Source: Rubripirellula sp.
GTDB lineage: Bacteria; Planctomycetota; Planctomycetia; Pirellulales; Pirellulaceae
Direction: 5' to 3'
Assembly: GCA_965216875.1 (NCBI GenBank)
Contig: OZ244207.1
Span: 5,760,001 to 5,824,000, forward strand
Length of the DNA stretch: 64,000 bases
The position numbers were made by a program, and so were the translations under genes. The notes beneath the pieces were generated by a model. The model was not told the origin of the DNA. It was given only the letters and a program-made list of their open reading frames with translations, and ran no database searches. How positions within the stretch are numbered: the stretch's first letter is position 1; every line of letters begins with the position of its first letter. Positions 28,664 to 38,151 of the stretch are shown here, in pieces.

Positions 28664-31012
28664 ATGCGAGCTTACCTCTCCGTCGTCGCCACGTTGTTGG
28701 TCTGTTTCGCAGCTGTCCGAGGCGATGCGTCCGAGCCACTTCCCGGAACGGAACCTCTTACCGAATCCAAACCACTTGATGTCGTGATGGTCGAAGGGAT
28801 CGACCGACACGCGCTACGCGAAATCGAAAACGCGAAAGTGCTTCGGGATTCACACTGGAATCGCGACTACACCACGACCGAAGCGTATGACGCAAGCATC
28901 ACCGAGAACCGAAAGCGACTGGCCCAAACGATCGGCGCAGTTGACGAGCGAGTCTCAGCAAGAGGACTTCACTTCAACGCCACCACGACGGCGCCTTCGT
29001 TGGTCGCTGAAAACGAGCAACTCGAGGTCCATTCCGTTTCGTGGCCGGTCTTTCAAGGAGCCATGCTTGGCGGAGTGCGGGGCGAGGGACTCTTTCTAAA
29101 GCCCAAGAAGGACTGCGTCGCTCGCGTCATTGCGATCCCCGATGCCGATTGGACACCGGAGATGGTCGCGGGGCTTGCCGAAAGCCCTTCCTCGTTCGCA
29201 CTGCAGCTCGCGGCGTTCGGTTGCGAAGTGATTGTGCCAACGCTCGTCAATCGCGAAGACACCTTTTCCGTGAACGATGCAATCGGACGCAAAACGAACC
29301 AACCTCATCGTGAGTTTGTTTATCGGCAAGCTTTCGAAGTCGGTCGCCACATCATTGGATATGAAGTCCAAAAGACACTTGCCGCGGTGGATCAATTCGA
29401 ACTGCGCAACAAGACTTCAGGCAATCCGTTGCCCATTGTGGTTCTAGGCGTTGGCGAAGGCGGCTTGTTAGCACTCTACAGTTCGGCCTTGGATTCACGA
29501 ATCGACGGCACCGTCGTGAGTGGGTATTTCGATAACCGCGACAAGGTTTGGTCTGAACCGATCTACCGAAACGTATGGCGATTGTTGCAAGAGTTTGGTG
29601 ATGCTGAAATCGCAAGCATGATCGCGCCGCGCAAACTGTTGATCGAAGTCAGTCCGAACATCGACATAATCGAAGGACCACCACCGGTGCGTGACGGTCG
29701 ACGCGGCGCAGCTCCGGGGGTCATTGGAAACCTCGATCGCGAAAGCGTCATGGCCGAGTTCCATCGAGCTGCGAAGCACTACACCAAGCTTGGGCGTTCC
29801 AACGACATCGGTACGATCGGTGTCGACGGGCAAAAACCACTCACCCCAGAGACGATCACCGAAGCGTTCAACGTCCTACTTGGTGACAAAAAGAGAACTC
29901 CCAACGCGTTACCTGTTGAAGATCAACGAACCGCCTTCTCTGCAGATGCACGGCAGCATCGCCAAGTAATGCAGTTGGTCCAACACGTCCAACGTGTACT
30001 TGCGCTCTGTCACCGCACCCGAGACCACGTGTTCGCTGGTTCGGACAACTCGAATATCGAAACTTGGACAGCAACTTCCACGCAGCTTCGTGACCACGTA
30101 CACGAGGAATTGATCGGACGTTTGCCAACGCCCACGATTGATGCCAATCCGCGGACCCGAAAGATCCTTGATGAATCGCAATACGCGGGTTACGAAGTGG
30201 TCCTTGATGTCTACCCCGATGTCATCGCCAGCGGAATCTTGCTACTGCCCAAAGATCTTCAAGCAAACGAAAAACGCCCCGTCGTGGTTTGCCAACACGG
30301 TCTTGAGGGCACACCGATGGACACGATCAGCAACGAGCCGCGTTCCTCGCGCGCCTACAAGTCATTTAGTGCCGAATTGGCCAGGCGAGGCTTCATTGTT
30401 TACGCACCGCAAAACCCCTACCGAGGCTTGGACGCGTTTCGAACGCTCCAGCGCAAGTCGAATCCAGTCGGTCGGTCACTCTTTAGTTACATCACCGCAC
30501 AGCACCTGGTGACGCTCCGCTGGTTGAGCTCCATTCCCCTTGTCGATCGAGACAGGATCGCGTTCTACGGTCTTTCTTACGGCGGAAAAACAGCGATGCG
30601 AGTTCCCGCGTTACTGCCACCAACCGAAGACGAACCTGGTTACTGCCTTTCCATTTGCAGCGCCGACTTCAATGAATGGGTCGCAAAGAACGCTTCTTAC
30701 GATGCTCGCGTCAGCTATCTATGGACAGGCGAGTACGAGATCTTTGAATGGAATATGGGACACATTGCCAACTACGCAGAACTTGCCAAACTGATGTCGC
30801 CGCGCCCCTTCATGGTCGAACGGGGCCACGATGACGGTGTTGGGCTCGACGAGTGGGTCGCGTGGGAATACGCCAAAGTTCGTCGTCACTACACGAAACT
30901 CGGAATCGGCAACCGGACGCAAATCGAGTTTTTCGACGGACCTCACTCCATCAATGGCGACGGAACCTACCGATTCCTACATCACCACCTGCGGTGGCCC
31001 ACGATTCGCTAG
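28664..31012 (+). CDS. Secreted tandem alpha/beta-hydrolase (dienelactone hydrolase/acetylxylan esterase-like)
   Basis: Two hydrolase units: first elbow GVGEGG, second GLSYGG; PVVVCQHG; FDGPH. Start set at ATG 28664. Confidence 0.8.
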   Translation: MRAYLSVVATLLVCFAAVRGDASEPLPGTEPLTESKPLDVVMVEGIDRHALREIENAKVLRDSHWNRDYTTTEAYDASITENRKRLAQTIGAVDERVSARGLHFNATTTAPSLVAENEQLEVHSVSWPVFQGAMLGGVRGEGLFLKPKKDCVARVIAIPDADWTPEMVAGLAESPSSFALQLAAFGCEVIVPTLVNREDTFSVNDAIGRKTNQPHREFVYRQAFEVGRHIIGYEVQKTLAAVDQFELRNKTSGNPLPIVVLGVGEGGLLALYSSALDSRIDGTVVSGYFDNRDKVWSEPIYRNVWRLLQEFGDAEIASMIAPRKLLIEVSPNIDIIEGPPPVRDGRRGAAPGVIGNLDRESVMAEFHRAAKHYTKLGRSNDIGTIGVDGQKPLTPETITEAFNVLLGDKKRTPNALPVEDQRTAFSADARQHRQVMQLVQHVQRVLALCHRTRDHVFAGSDNSNIETWTATSTQLRDHVHEELIGRLPTPTIDANPRTRKILDESQYAGYEVVLDVYPDVIASGILLLPKDLQANEKRPVVVCQHGLEGTPMDTISNEPRSSRAYKSFSAELARRGFIVYAPQNPYRGLDAFRTLQRKSNPVGRSLFSYITAQHLVTLRWLSSIPLVDRDRIAFYGLSYGGKTAMRVPALLPPTEDEPGYCLSICSADFNEWVAKNASYDARVSYLWTGEYEIFEWNMGHIANYAELAKLMSPRPFMVERGHDDGVGLDEWVAWEYAKVRRHYTKLGIGNRTQIEFFDGPHSINGDGTYRFLHHHLRWPTIR

Positions 31013-31014
31013 GA

Positions 31015-31120
31015 GGCTGTGATTTTTGTTAGACGCACGCGTTAACGTCGGGCTCCTCTGAGGGGCGCAGGACGTATGCAAGGCCCGACGCTAGCGCGTT
31101 CGGCTCACGAATTCACAGCC
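31015..31120. repeat. REPIN-like imperfect inverted repeat, family E
   Basis: Left arm GGCTGTGATTTTTGTTAGACGCACGCGTTAACGTCGGGC; reverse complement of right arm GGCTGTGAATTCGTGAGCCGAACGCGCTAGCGTCGGGCC. The arm core recurs at 52588. Confidence 0.75.
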
Positions 31121-31152
31121 GATAAGTAAACGAAACGACAAGGACGACAGCG

Positions 31153-32802
31153 ATGACGCAATCGGATGCAAGCCGGGCATTTCTCGATCAAGTCTTGGCC
31201 AGCCCCGACGACAATGTGCCTCGACTGATCTACGCCGACTATCTCGAAGAAGTGGGCGACCCGCGCGGTGAGTTCATTCGCCTGCAATGTGAATTGGACG
31301 AACTCGATGCTCTCGATGAAAACTACATTGACGGCTCGCATCGGTGCGACGAACTGCTTTACGAGCATCGCGAGCAGTGGGCGGCTGAACTCAAGCAGGA
31401 TGTTCGCAAAGCGGAATTTGCACGAGGCTTTATCGACAAGATCACGATTCGTGCACGCGTCTTTATCAAAGAAGCGGATCAACTTTATCGAACAACGCCC
31501 GTCAACTGGCTTCGCTTCAACTATGTCAAAGGGGCTGGCATTCCACTGGCCGCTACCGAAGCGCTCAGCAACGTTCGGTCCCTCGATTTGGGCGGATTGG
31601 TCATTCCCGATGATGACCTCGGTGCGCTACTTACCTCACCCCATTTGAACCAAATGACAGCCCTGCGTCTGGCACACTACGACGCGGCGTTCAGCAACGT
31701 GATCGGAAAAACGCTCGGCGAGATGCCGTCGACCCAGGTTTTGAAACACCTTGCGATCCCGGCCGGGTCCGAATTCCTCGACTCCGTGGGATCGACCGAC
31801 GGGTTCCCTGAACTTGAACGTCTTGAAATCTACGACTCGTACAACGAAGGAAGCATCGCGGGTTTGGCAAAGTTCAAAGTCCCCAAACTCAAGAAGCTAA
31901 AAGTCCGTGTACCGATGACCTTTGCGCACACCAAGAACGTCTGCGCTTTGCCGGTACATCAACTGACCGATCTGGATCTCGAATCGTCACAACTACCTGC
32001 GAAAGGACTCAAACTGCTCGGCGAAAAGGGAGCTCTGGACAACATCCAAACGCTCTCGCTCGCGTCGTGTGGGTTGGGCGTTCGCTCGGCCGACGTACTG
32101 TTTACGGGCAACCAACTCGCTGAGTGCCGATCGCTCAACCTCAGTTACAACCGTGACATGCGTCGCGAGGAAGACGCGCGATTTGTGGACGGTTTGGTGG
32201 CCCACGAGCCGCTTTCAAAACTCGAGGTGCTTCGCATCAGCGGTCTGCAACATGGCGACCTGGCGCGACTTGCTCAGTGCAATCGCTTTCACACCCTCAA
32301 AGAACTCGAAATCGAAGATGGTCGCTTCTCACCCGAAGACGTGATCGCGATCGGCGCCAGCCCGCTCGCCGATTCCTTGCGACACCTCAAGCTCACCGGC
32401 TGTGATCTTCCGCCCAATGTGGTCGGCCAGTTTGGCAAAGGTGCTGTCTTTCCCAATTTGCTTCGACTGACACTTGGCGGTGGCTACGACGACTTCAACC
32501 TGATGGATGATGCGTCGGTCACGATGCTGCTTTCTTGCGACGCCTTTCCCAAGCTTCAATCCGTGAACTTGGACCACATGTTTATCAAGACGGACACGTT
32601 CATTGAGGTGGCAAAGACGGCCAACGTGCCCGAACTCCGAGAAATCTCGTTCTGCCACAACCGCATGTCGCGCAAAGCAGTCGATGCGGTCATGAATTCG
32701 AACAGACTGCCCAAGCTGGCCAAACTCGTCTTGACCGGTGCGAGCGGACTGGGGAACCGCGAAAAACTTCTCAACGATTACGGCTGGCGAACCGCGTTCT
32801 AA
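31153..32802 (+). CDS. TIGR02996 (repeat-companion) domain protein with leucine-rich repeats
   Basis: AFLDQVLASPDDNVPRLIYADYLEEVGDPRGEFIRLQC and RGF, followed by LxxLxL repeats. Confidence 0.9.
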   Translation: MTQSDASRAFLDQVLASPDDNVPRLIYADYLEEVGDPRGEFIRLQCELDELDALDENYIDGSHRCDELLYEHREQWAAELKQDVRKAEFARGFIDKITIRARVFIKEADQLYRTTPVNWLRFNYVKGAGIPLAATEALSNVRSLDLGGLVIPDDDLGALLTSPHLNQMTALRLAHYDAAFSNVIGKTLGEMPSTQVLKHLAIPAGSEFLDSVGSTDGFPELERLEIYDSYNEGSIAGLAKFKVPKLKKLKVRVPMTFAHTKNVCALPVHQLTDLDLESSQLPAKGLKLLGEKGALDNIQTLSLASCGLGVRSADVLFTGNQLAECRSLNLSYNRDMRREEDARFVDGLVAHEPLSKLEVLRISGLQHGDLARLAQCNRFHTLKELEIEDGRFSPEDVIAIGASPLADSLRHLKLTGCDLPPNVVGQFGKGAVFPNLLRLTLGGGYDDFNLMDDASVTMLLSCDAFPKLQSVNLDHMFIKTDTFIEVAKTANVPELREISFCHNRMSRKAVDAVMNSNRLPKLAKLVLTGASGLGNREKLLNDYGWRTAF

Positions 32803-32910
32803 GACCACTCGCCCTCACCGCGTGTCGCGGGAAGGGAGATGGACAAAAAATGGGGGACAGAATAGGAAGGGGTTTTGACAAACGCACCACATGGTGGTGA
32901 TGCGATTGGA

Positions 32911-35900
32911 TCAGTGGTGGTGTGAGTGATCGCCGAACAGCATGTGCTTCTTGTCGCCCTTGGCGTAGACGTACGCGATCAAGTCCAAGATTTCTTCGCG
33001 CGTCAACTTGTCAAGCAACCCTTGGGGCATCAGTGACACGGTCGACTTCTTACGTGCTTCAATCGCGTCCTTCTCGACCACCGTTGGTTTGCCCTTGGCC
33101 AATGGATTGATCACCAGCTCGATTTCGTCGTCCGTTTCTTTGGTGATCATGCCGGTGATGACTTGGCCATCTTCCATGAGCAATGAAACCGATTGGAATT
33201 TCTCATCGATCTCTTTGGAGGGTTCGAGAATCGATTTTAGGATCGCGACGGTTGTGTGCCGCTCGTCCTTTAGTTCCGCCAGGTCAGGCCCAAAGACGTT
33301 TCCTTCGCCGCCAAGTTTGTGGCACGCCGAACAGGTCGCAACGCGGAACAGTTCGCGTCCGACTTCCCAAGAGCGACCGTGCGGCAACTCCTTCACGTCC
33401 CCTGCTAACTCGTCCAACGTCCATTGGTGGCTCCGGCTGCTCATCTTCAATAGCTCGTCGCGAATCGGCAGCTTCACCTCAGCCAAATAGGCTTCTCGAT
33501 CGGCTTGATAGGCTTCCAAGTCCTTGACAACGTAAAGAGCACCATACATGCGTCGCCAGTGACCTGGGTAAGTGCAAACGTACGGATAAACACCCGGTTC
33601 GCTGGGTGCATCGAACGCGAGAGCCTGGTTTTGTCCCGGCTGCAACAACTTGCTTCCTAACAGAACCTTGTCCGATTCAGGAATGTAGTGACGTGCTTCG
33701 GCACCGGGTTCTCGCGCGGTCTCTTCGGCCAGCTCGCCCACTTCCTGCAGCGCACCAGGTTGAACAATTGCAAAGTTGTGCGGCATCGCATCGGTGTTGC
33801 TGAATCGAAACTCAACCGGTTTGCCCGCTTGAACGGCGATCAGTTCCTTGTCATAGATCATTCGATGGGAAACCGTGCCGATTGCGATCACTCGAACGTT
33901 GAGGTTGCTAAGCCGCTGCTCGACCGCCTTGGCAGCATCGGCCGACAGTTTTGTCGACAGCGAACGTGTGAGCGCCATAGCGTCGGTTGCGGCTGGACCT
34001 GTTCGATAGCGTGCGGGCATTTCGCTCAAGTAACCAACCAAGTTATCGACCAGCGGCCCAATCCCCTTTGCGTTCCAAGCGGCTGCGGGCAAACGACGTA
34101 GCGCCTTGATCGCCGCCGGACGACTACGTCCCTTCGCCACCACACCAGCGAGTGCATTGAATTTGTCGGCATCGCGTCCGGGGATCTCGGCCAATGCAGC
34201 GATCGCGACGTCGTGCAATGTTTCACCGCCACGAATGGAAAGATTCTTTGCCGGAATCGGTTGTTTTCGAAAACCGGGACCACTCCACGCGACACGCAAT
34301 CCATCACCGCCACCGTTGTCAAAGTAGGTCACCACGAGTTTGTGGTTACCAGCTGGAAGCTCAATCGTGCCGCTCTTTTCCGACATCCCATGAAGCCCGT
34401 CGTTGTTGACAACAAGCTTGTCGTTGACGTAGATGCGCGAGCCATCGTCGGACGCGGCAAAGAATTCATAACGTCCCGACTTGGGTGCAAACACCATCCC
34501 GGTGAATCGCAACGCAAAACGATCGTTCTTGGTCTTTTGGGGAACGTTCATCACAATCTCAGGCACAACGCCTGTCGCAGTCGGTTCCATCCGGTCAAGT
34601 GTTTCGATCGCAACGTTGCTCGCACTTGGGAAATAGAACTCGACGTGAATCCCCGATTCCTGCATCTCCGATGAGTTGGCTTCCGCAGCAAAATTCGTTG
34701 GCAACTCATCAATCAATGGGCGAACTTTGTCGAAGAGCTGACCTCGAACCGACGGATCGACCGAGGGAACGGCATCCAAAAAGTCGCGCAGGTTTTCTTT
34801 GTTCTTCGATGCTGCGAGGAAAGCATCATCCGGTCCAGCGGCGGCCACCCAAGCTGCGTAACCAAGGCGTTTCAATTCAGTCGATTCGCCCTTGACCGCA
34901 ATCGACTCGATTTTTCGACGAACCGTTTGCAGCTTCTCAGGTGGCTGGCGAATCATCAGTTGCCCAAGACCGATCACGTTGCTGTCGCCGCTTTCACGCG
35001 CGTCATCGATCAGTTGCATCAAGACATCAAGCGGTTCTTTGCCCGTTACCTCGGCGAGTCCCGAGAGTGCACCGGTCAACACATCGATCCCAGCGTTCTG
35101 CCGCCCGAGCAGCGCTCGGTAGACCGCCTCGTCTTTTTCCATTTTCAACAGATCGTTGATGCTCGCGTTGCGAAGAGCGTATGCCTTGCCGGCTGGACTT
35201 AGTTTCGAACCTGAGGCAACCGCATCACGCACCACCGCATCGATGTTGAACGTTTGCTTTGCATACGCGACGATCCGTTCCATTTCGGGGTCCATCGGTC
35301 GCGTTGCTGCTTCAAACACCACCTCCTGGAGCGAAGGCTCAGCGAATTCGACGGCTGACTTCAATGCTTCGGCGCGAACAAGTGCTGACGAGTCGCGCGC
35401 CGCACGGAGAAGCAAGGGCTCCCATTGAACGTGCGCGAGCTTTGGCGCCCAATGCCCGAGGGTTCGGATCGCCGCAGCGCGAACGCGCGGCTCTTCGGCT
35501 CCAAAAACTTTCGACAGCAATTCAAAATTCGGAATCCGCTGTTCTTCGAAGACCCAGAGGCATTCAAGCAACGCCTGCGCCTCATCGCGATCCCGTGCAA
35601 CATTCTTTGTATCGAGCGAATCGGCAAACGACTGCACCTCGGTGATGATGTCGCTCGCTGATCGCGAGGTGAGTTCCAATCGAGCCCGATAGCGCGTCCC
35701 GTTGTCGCGAGCAAAAAAGTTTTCGCACACTTCTTGGATCGGTTTACCCTTCATCTTTGCTGGCTCGCGCAAAGGGCTGCCCGACTTGGTGACTCGATAA
35801 ATCCGACCATGTTCGTGATCGCGGTTCGGATCACGCATGTTGTGTTGCATGTGCCCGATCAGGACGTTGTGCCAATCGGAGACGTAGAGCGCGCCGTCAC

Positions 35901-37899
35901 CACCCACTTCGACGTCACTTGGCCGAAAGTTCGGGTCCGACGAATACAGGATCGGCTCGATTTCGGTTGCCGTGATGTCCGCGCCGTCATAGTTGACCTT
36001 GTGCTGCAGGACACCAAGAAACGTGATCGTGTTGCAGATCAAAAAGTTGCCTTCGTGATCGTCACCAAAGTGGTCGCCCGACAGCAGACCGGTTCCGGCG
36101 ACAGGGCGAACACGTTTTTCGAACCATTGCTTGTTGCCGATCCCCTTGCCAATGTTGACATAGGAACCTGTCCCACTGGTCCCGTCGTTTGCAAATTGAA
36201 ATCCCCATCGGTCAAAAACGTCACCGTGCGGATTAGGTCCGATCGGAAAATGAAACTCAAACTCGAACGTGCGCGGGTTGAAGCGATGCACGCCGCTTTG
36301 ACCACTGCGAAACGTCCTCGTCGGCGTTTCGAAGTTGGCCACGTTAAAGATCCCGCGTGACCAATACATCCAACCATCGGGGCCGATCAAGACAGCGTTT
36401 GCCGAATGGTGCGTGTCAGCACTCGAGACTCCCTGCAACATGCGGATCTTTTGGTCCGCGCGATCGTCGCCGTCCGTGTCTTTCAAGAACCAGATCTCAG
36501 GTGGTGCCGCAACCAACACACCTCCGTTCCAAAACTCAAACCCTGTGACGCTATTGAGTTCATCGGCAAACACAATGAGTTCATCGGCGACGCCGTCCTT
36601 GTCCTCGTCTGGCAAGATCACGATTGCATCACGCGCCGTTTCCGTCGGGTTCCAATGCGGATACGAAGGCCACACCGAACACCACAAACGACTGTCAGTA
36701 TCGACGGCCATTTGGACGGGGTTCACCAGCCTTGGAAACATCTCTTCGGAAGCAAAGACGTTGACTTCCATGCCCGAATGGATCGTCATTTTGTCGATCC
36801 CCTCTTTCGCGCCGGTGTAAGGCCAGGCGCCTTCGTCGAGCGGCCCTTGCTTGTTGGTTTCGACGACCAATTCCTTAGGCAGGTTGTCATCCTTAATCTC
36901 AAGGTCGCCGCCGCCCGCGATCGCCCAGATACGTTTGTCGCGGTTCGCAGTCATCACATCGAAGATTTCCATCTCGCGACGCATCACATCGGCGTTGGAT
37001 TGCCCGTGCCAATTCAACCGCGAGCGACCGCCAAACACGTTGTAGCCGTCAACAACGCGGTAACGGCTAAACCAGTGGTAGTTTTTGTCGAGCACCGCTT
37101 CACGAAGTTTGCTGACATCACTTGGAATCGATTGGCCCGGAAAAAGCTTGCCGATCACGTGTTTGGCAATCGCTTGGTTACCGTGATCAAGCAAATGGAT
37201 GCCATTCATGGTCAGCGGCTTGGTCGAGTTTTCGTACAAGCCCTTCGATGGCCCAAAAACATCAATGAAAGTGACCTCTTTGGACTCACAAACCTTTTTC
37301 ATCGCCGCTGTGTATTTGGCAAGCTTGGCGTTGTTCTCGATACCATCGGGAAGGTGGGGGCTATACAGATTCTCGTGAGCAATCGGTGAAACGATCACCA
37401 GCCGCGGCGGCGAAGATCCGTTGTACTTTTGCCCCCGCATCTCATCGATCATGCCCGCAAGGTCACTTTCGAACCCTGCAAGCCCGCCGTCACCGCGCAG
37501 CGCTTCGTTGTATCCGAAGAAACAAAAGACCACGTCCGCTTTGCACTTTTCCAACCACTGATTCGGACTTCCAAAGTCTTGTGAGCGCGGTCGCACGCGA
37601 ACTTCATCGCCCGAGAAGCCCAAGTTGCGAAACGTCAATTCGTGGGTGGGATGCAACGCATGCAGGTAGGTCTCGAGCCATGCATGGTGTTGCATTCGAT
37701 CGGCCATGGTGTTGCCGATGTAGGCGATGTGATCACCTTTTCGAAGCTCGAGGGGAGGCGTGTCGGCCTGAGCAGGCAAGCTGGTGGAACCGGCAAGGCA
37801 GACGGGCAGAATGAATACCGAAAGCAGGGTTCGGCGAAAGCATGAAACCACGGGAGCGATCCAGAAAACGTGGAAAGGACTGCCGCTGGGCAGGACCAA
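32911..37899 (-). CDS. Giant PVC-type heme-binding CxxCH membrane-bound dehydrogenase: SGNH-like, propeller, HEAT, PA14, cupredoxin and cytochrome c domains
   Basis: GNTMA and NGIH (SGNH-like); FASEEMFPRLVNPVQM (propeller); RVRAAAIRTL (HEAT); SDDGSRIYV..NDGLHGM (PA14); MPHN...CTYPGH..RM (type-1 Cu); CSACH and SLMP (heme c). Confidence 0.88.
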   Translation of the reverse strand: MVLPSGSPFHVFWIAPVVSCFRRTLLSVFILPVCLAGSTSLPAQADTPPLELRKGDHIAYIGNTMADRMQHHAWLETYLHALHPTHELTFRNLGFSGDEVRVRPRSQDFGSPNQWLEKCKADVVFCFFGYNEALRGDGGLAGFESDLAGMIDEMRGQKYNGSSPPRLVIVSPIAHENLYSPHLPDGIENNAKLAKYTAAMKKVCESKEVTFIDVFGPSKGLYENSTKPLTMNGIHLLDHGNQAIAKHVIGKLFPGQSIPSDVSKLREAVLDKNYHWFSRYRVVDGYNVFGGRSRLNWHGQSNADVMRREMEIFDVMTANRDKRIWAIAGGGDLEIKDDNLPKELVVETNKQGPLDEGAWPYTGAKEGIDKMTIHSGMEVNVFASEEMFPRLVNPVQMAVDTDSRLWCSVWPSYPHWNPTETARDAIVILPDEDKDGVADELIVFADELNSVTGFEFWNGGVLVAAPPEIWFLKDTDGDDRADQKIRMLQGVSSADTHHSANAVLIGPDGWMYWSRGIFNVANFETPTRTFRSGQSGVHRFNPRTFEFEFHFPIGPNPHGDVFDRWGFQFANDGTSGTGSYVNIGKGIGNKQWFEKRVRPVAGTGLLSGDHFGDDHEGNFLICNTITFLGVLQHKVNYDGADITATEIEPILYSSDPNFRPSDVEVGGDGALYVSDWHNVLIGHMQHNMRDPNRDHEHGRIYRVTKSGSPLREPAKMKGKPIQEVCENFFARDNGTRYRARLELTSRSASDIITEVQSFADSLDTKNVARDRDEAQALLECLWVFEEQRIPNFELLSKVFGAEEPRVRAAAIRTLGHWAPKLAHVQWEPLLLRAARDSSALVRAEALKSAVEFAEPSLQEVVFEAATRPMDPEMERIVAYAKQTFNIDAVVRDAVASGSKLSPAGKAYALRNASINDLLKMEKDEAVYRALLGRQNAGIDVLTGALSGLAEVTGKEPLDVLMQLIDDARESGDSNVIGLGQLMIRQPPEKLQTVRRKIESIAVKGESTELKRLGYAAWVAAAGPDDAFLAASKNKENLRDFLDAVPSVDPSVRGQLFDKVRPLIDELPTNFAAEANSSEMQESGIHVEFYFPSASNVAIETLDRMEPTATGVVPEIVMNVPQKTKNDRFALRFTGMVFAPKSGRYEFFAASDDGSRIYVNDKLVVNNDGLHGMSEKSGTIELPAGNHKLVVTYFDNGGGDGLRVAWSGPGFRKQPIPAKNLSIRGGETLHDVAIAALAEIPGRDADKFNALAGVVAKGRSRPAAIKALRRLPAAAWNAKGIGPLVDNLVGYLSEMPARYRTGPAATDAMALTRSLSTKLSADAAKAVEQRLSNLNVRVIAIGTVSHRMIYDKELIAVQAGKPVEFRFSNTDAMPHNFAIVQPGALQEVGELAEETAREPGAEARHYIPESDKVLLGSKLLQPGQNQALAFDAPSEPGVYPYVCTYPGHWRRMYGALYVVKDLEAYQADREAYLAEVKLPIRDELLKMSSRSHQWTLDELAGDVKELPHGRSWEVGRELFRVATCSACHKLGGEGNVFGPDLAELKDERHTTVAILKSILEPSKEIDEKFQSVSLLMEDGQVITGMITKETDDEIELVINPLAKGKPTVVEKDAIEARKKSTVSLMPQGLLDKLTREEILDLIAYVYAKGDKKHMLFGDHSHHH

Positions 37900-38151
37900 T
37901 CTTGAAAAGGTCGTTGGTTGGGGTGGGCAACACCACTTGCGAAGTCAGTCTTGGAAGCAAGCCTTGACTGGCGCGACGGCGGGGAGCGGTATTGTAGCTC
38001 TGTTAGATCGGCGAGTCAGTCATCTTTTCTGACACTGTTCGCGATCGATTTAGCGGTACGTTCGGCAACGAGGTTTGACCATGTTCGTGCTTTGGGACCC
38101 CGGTCGTGATAAACTTCAGCCGATAAGAATCCCACCTCCGCGACGACAAAC

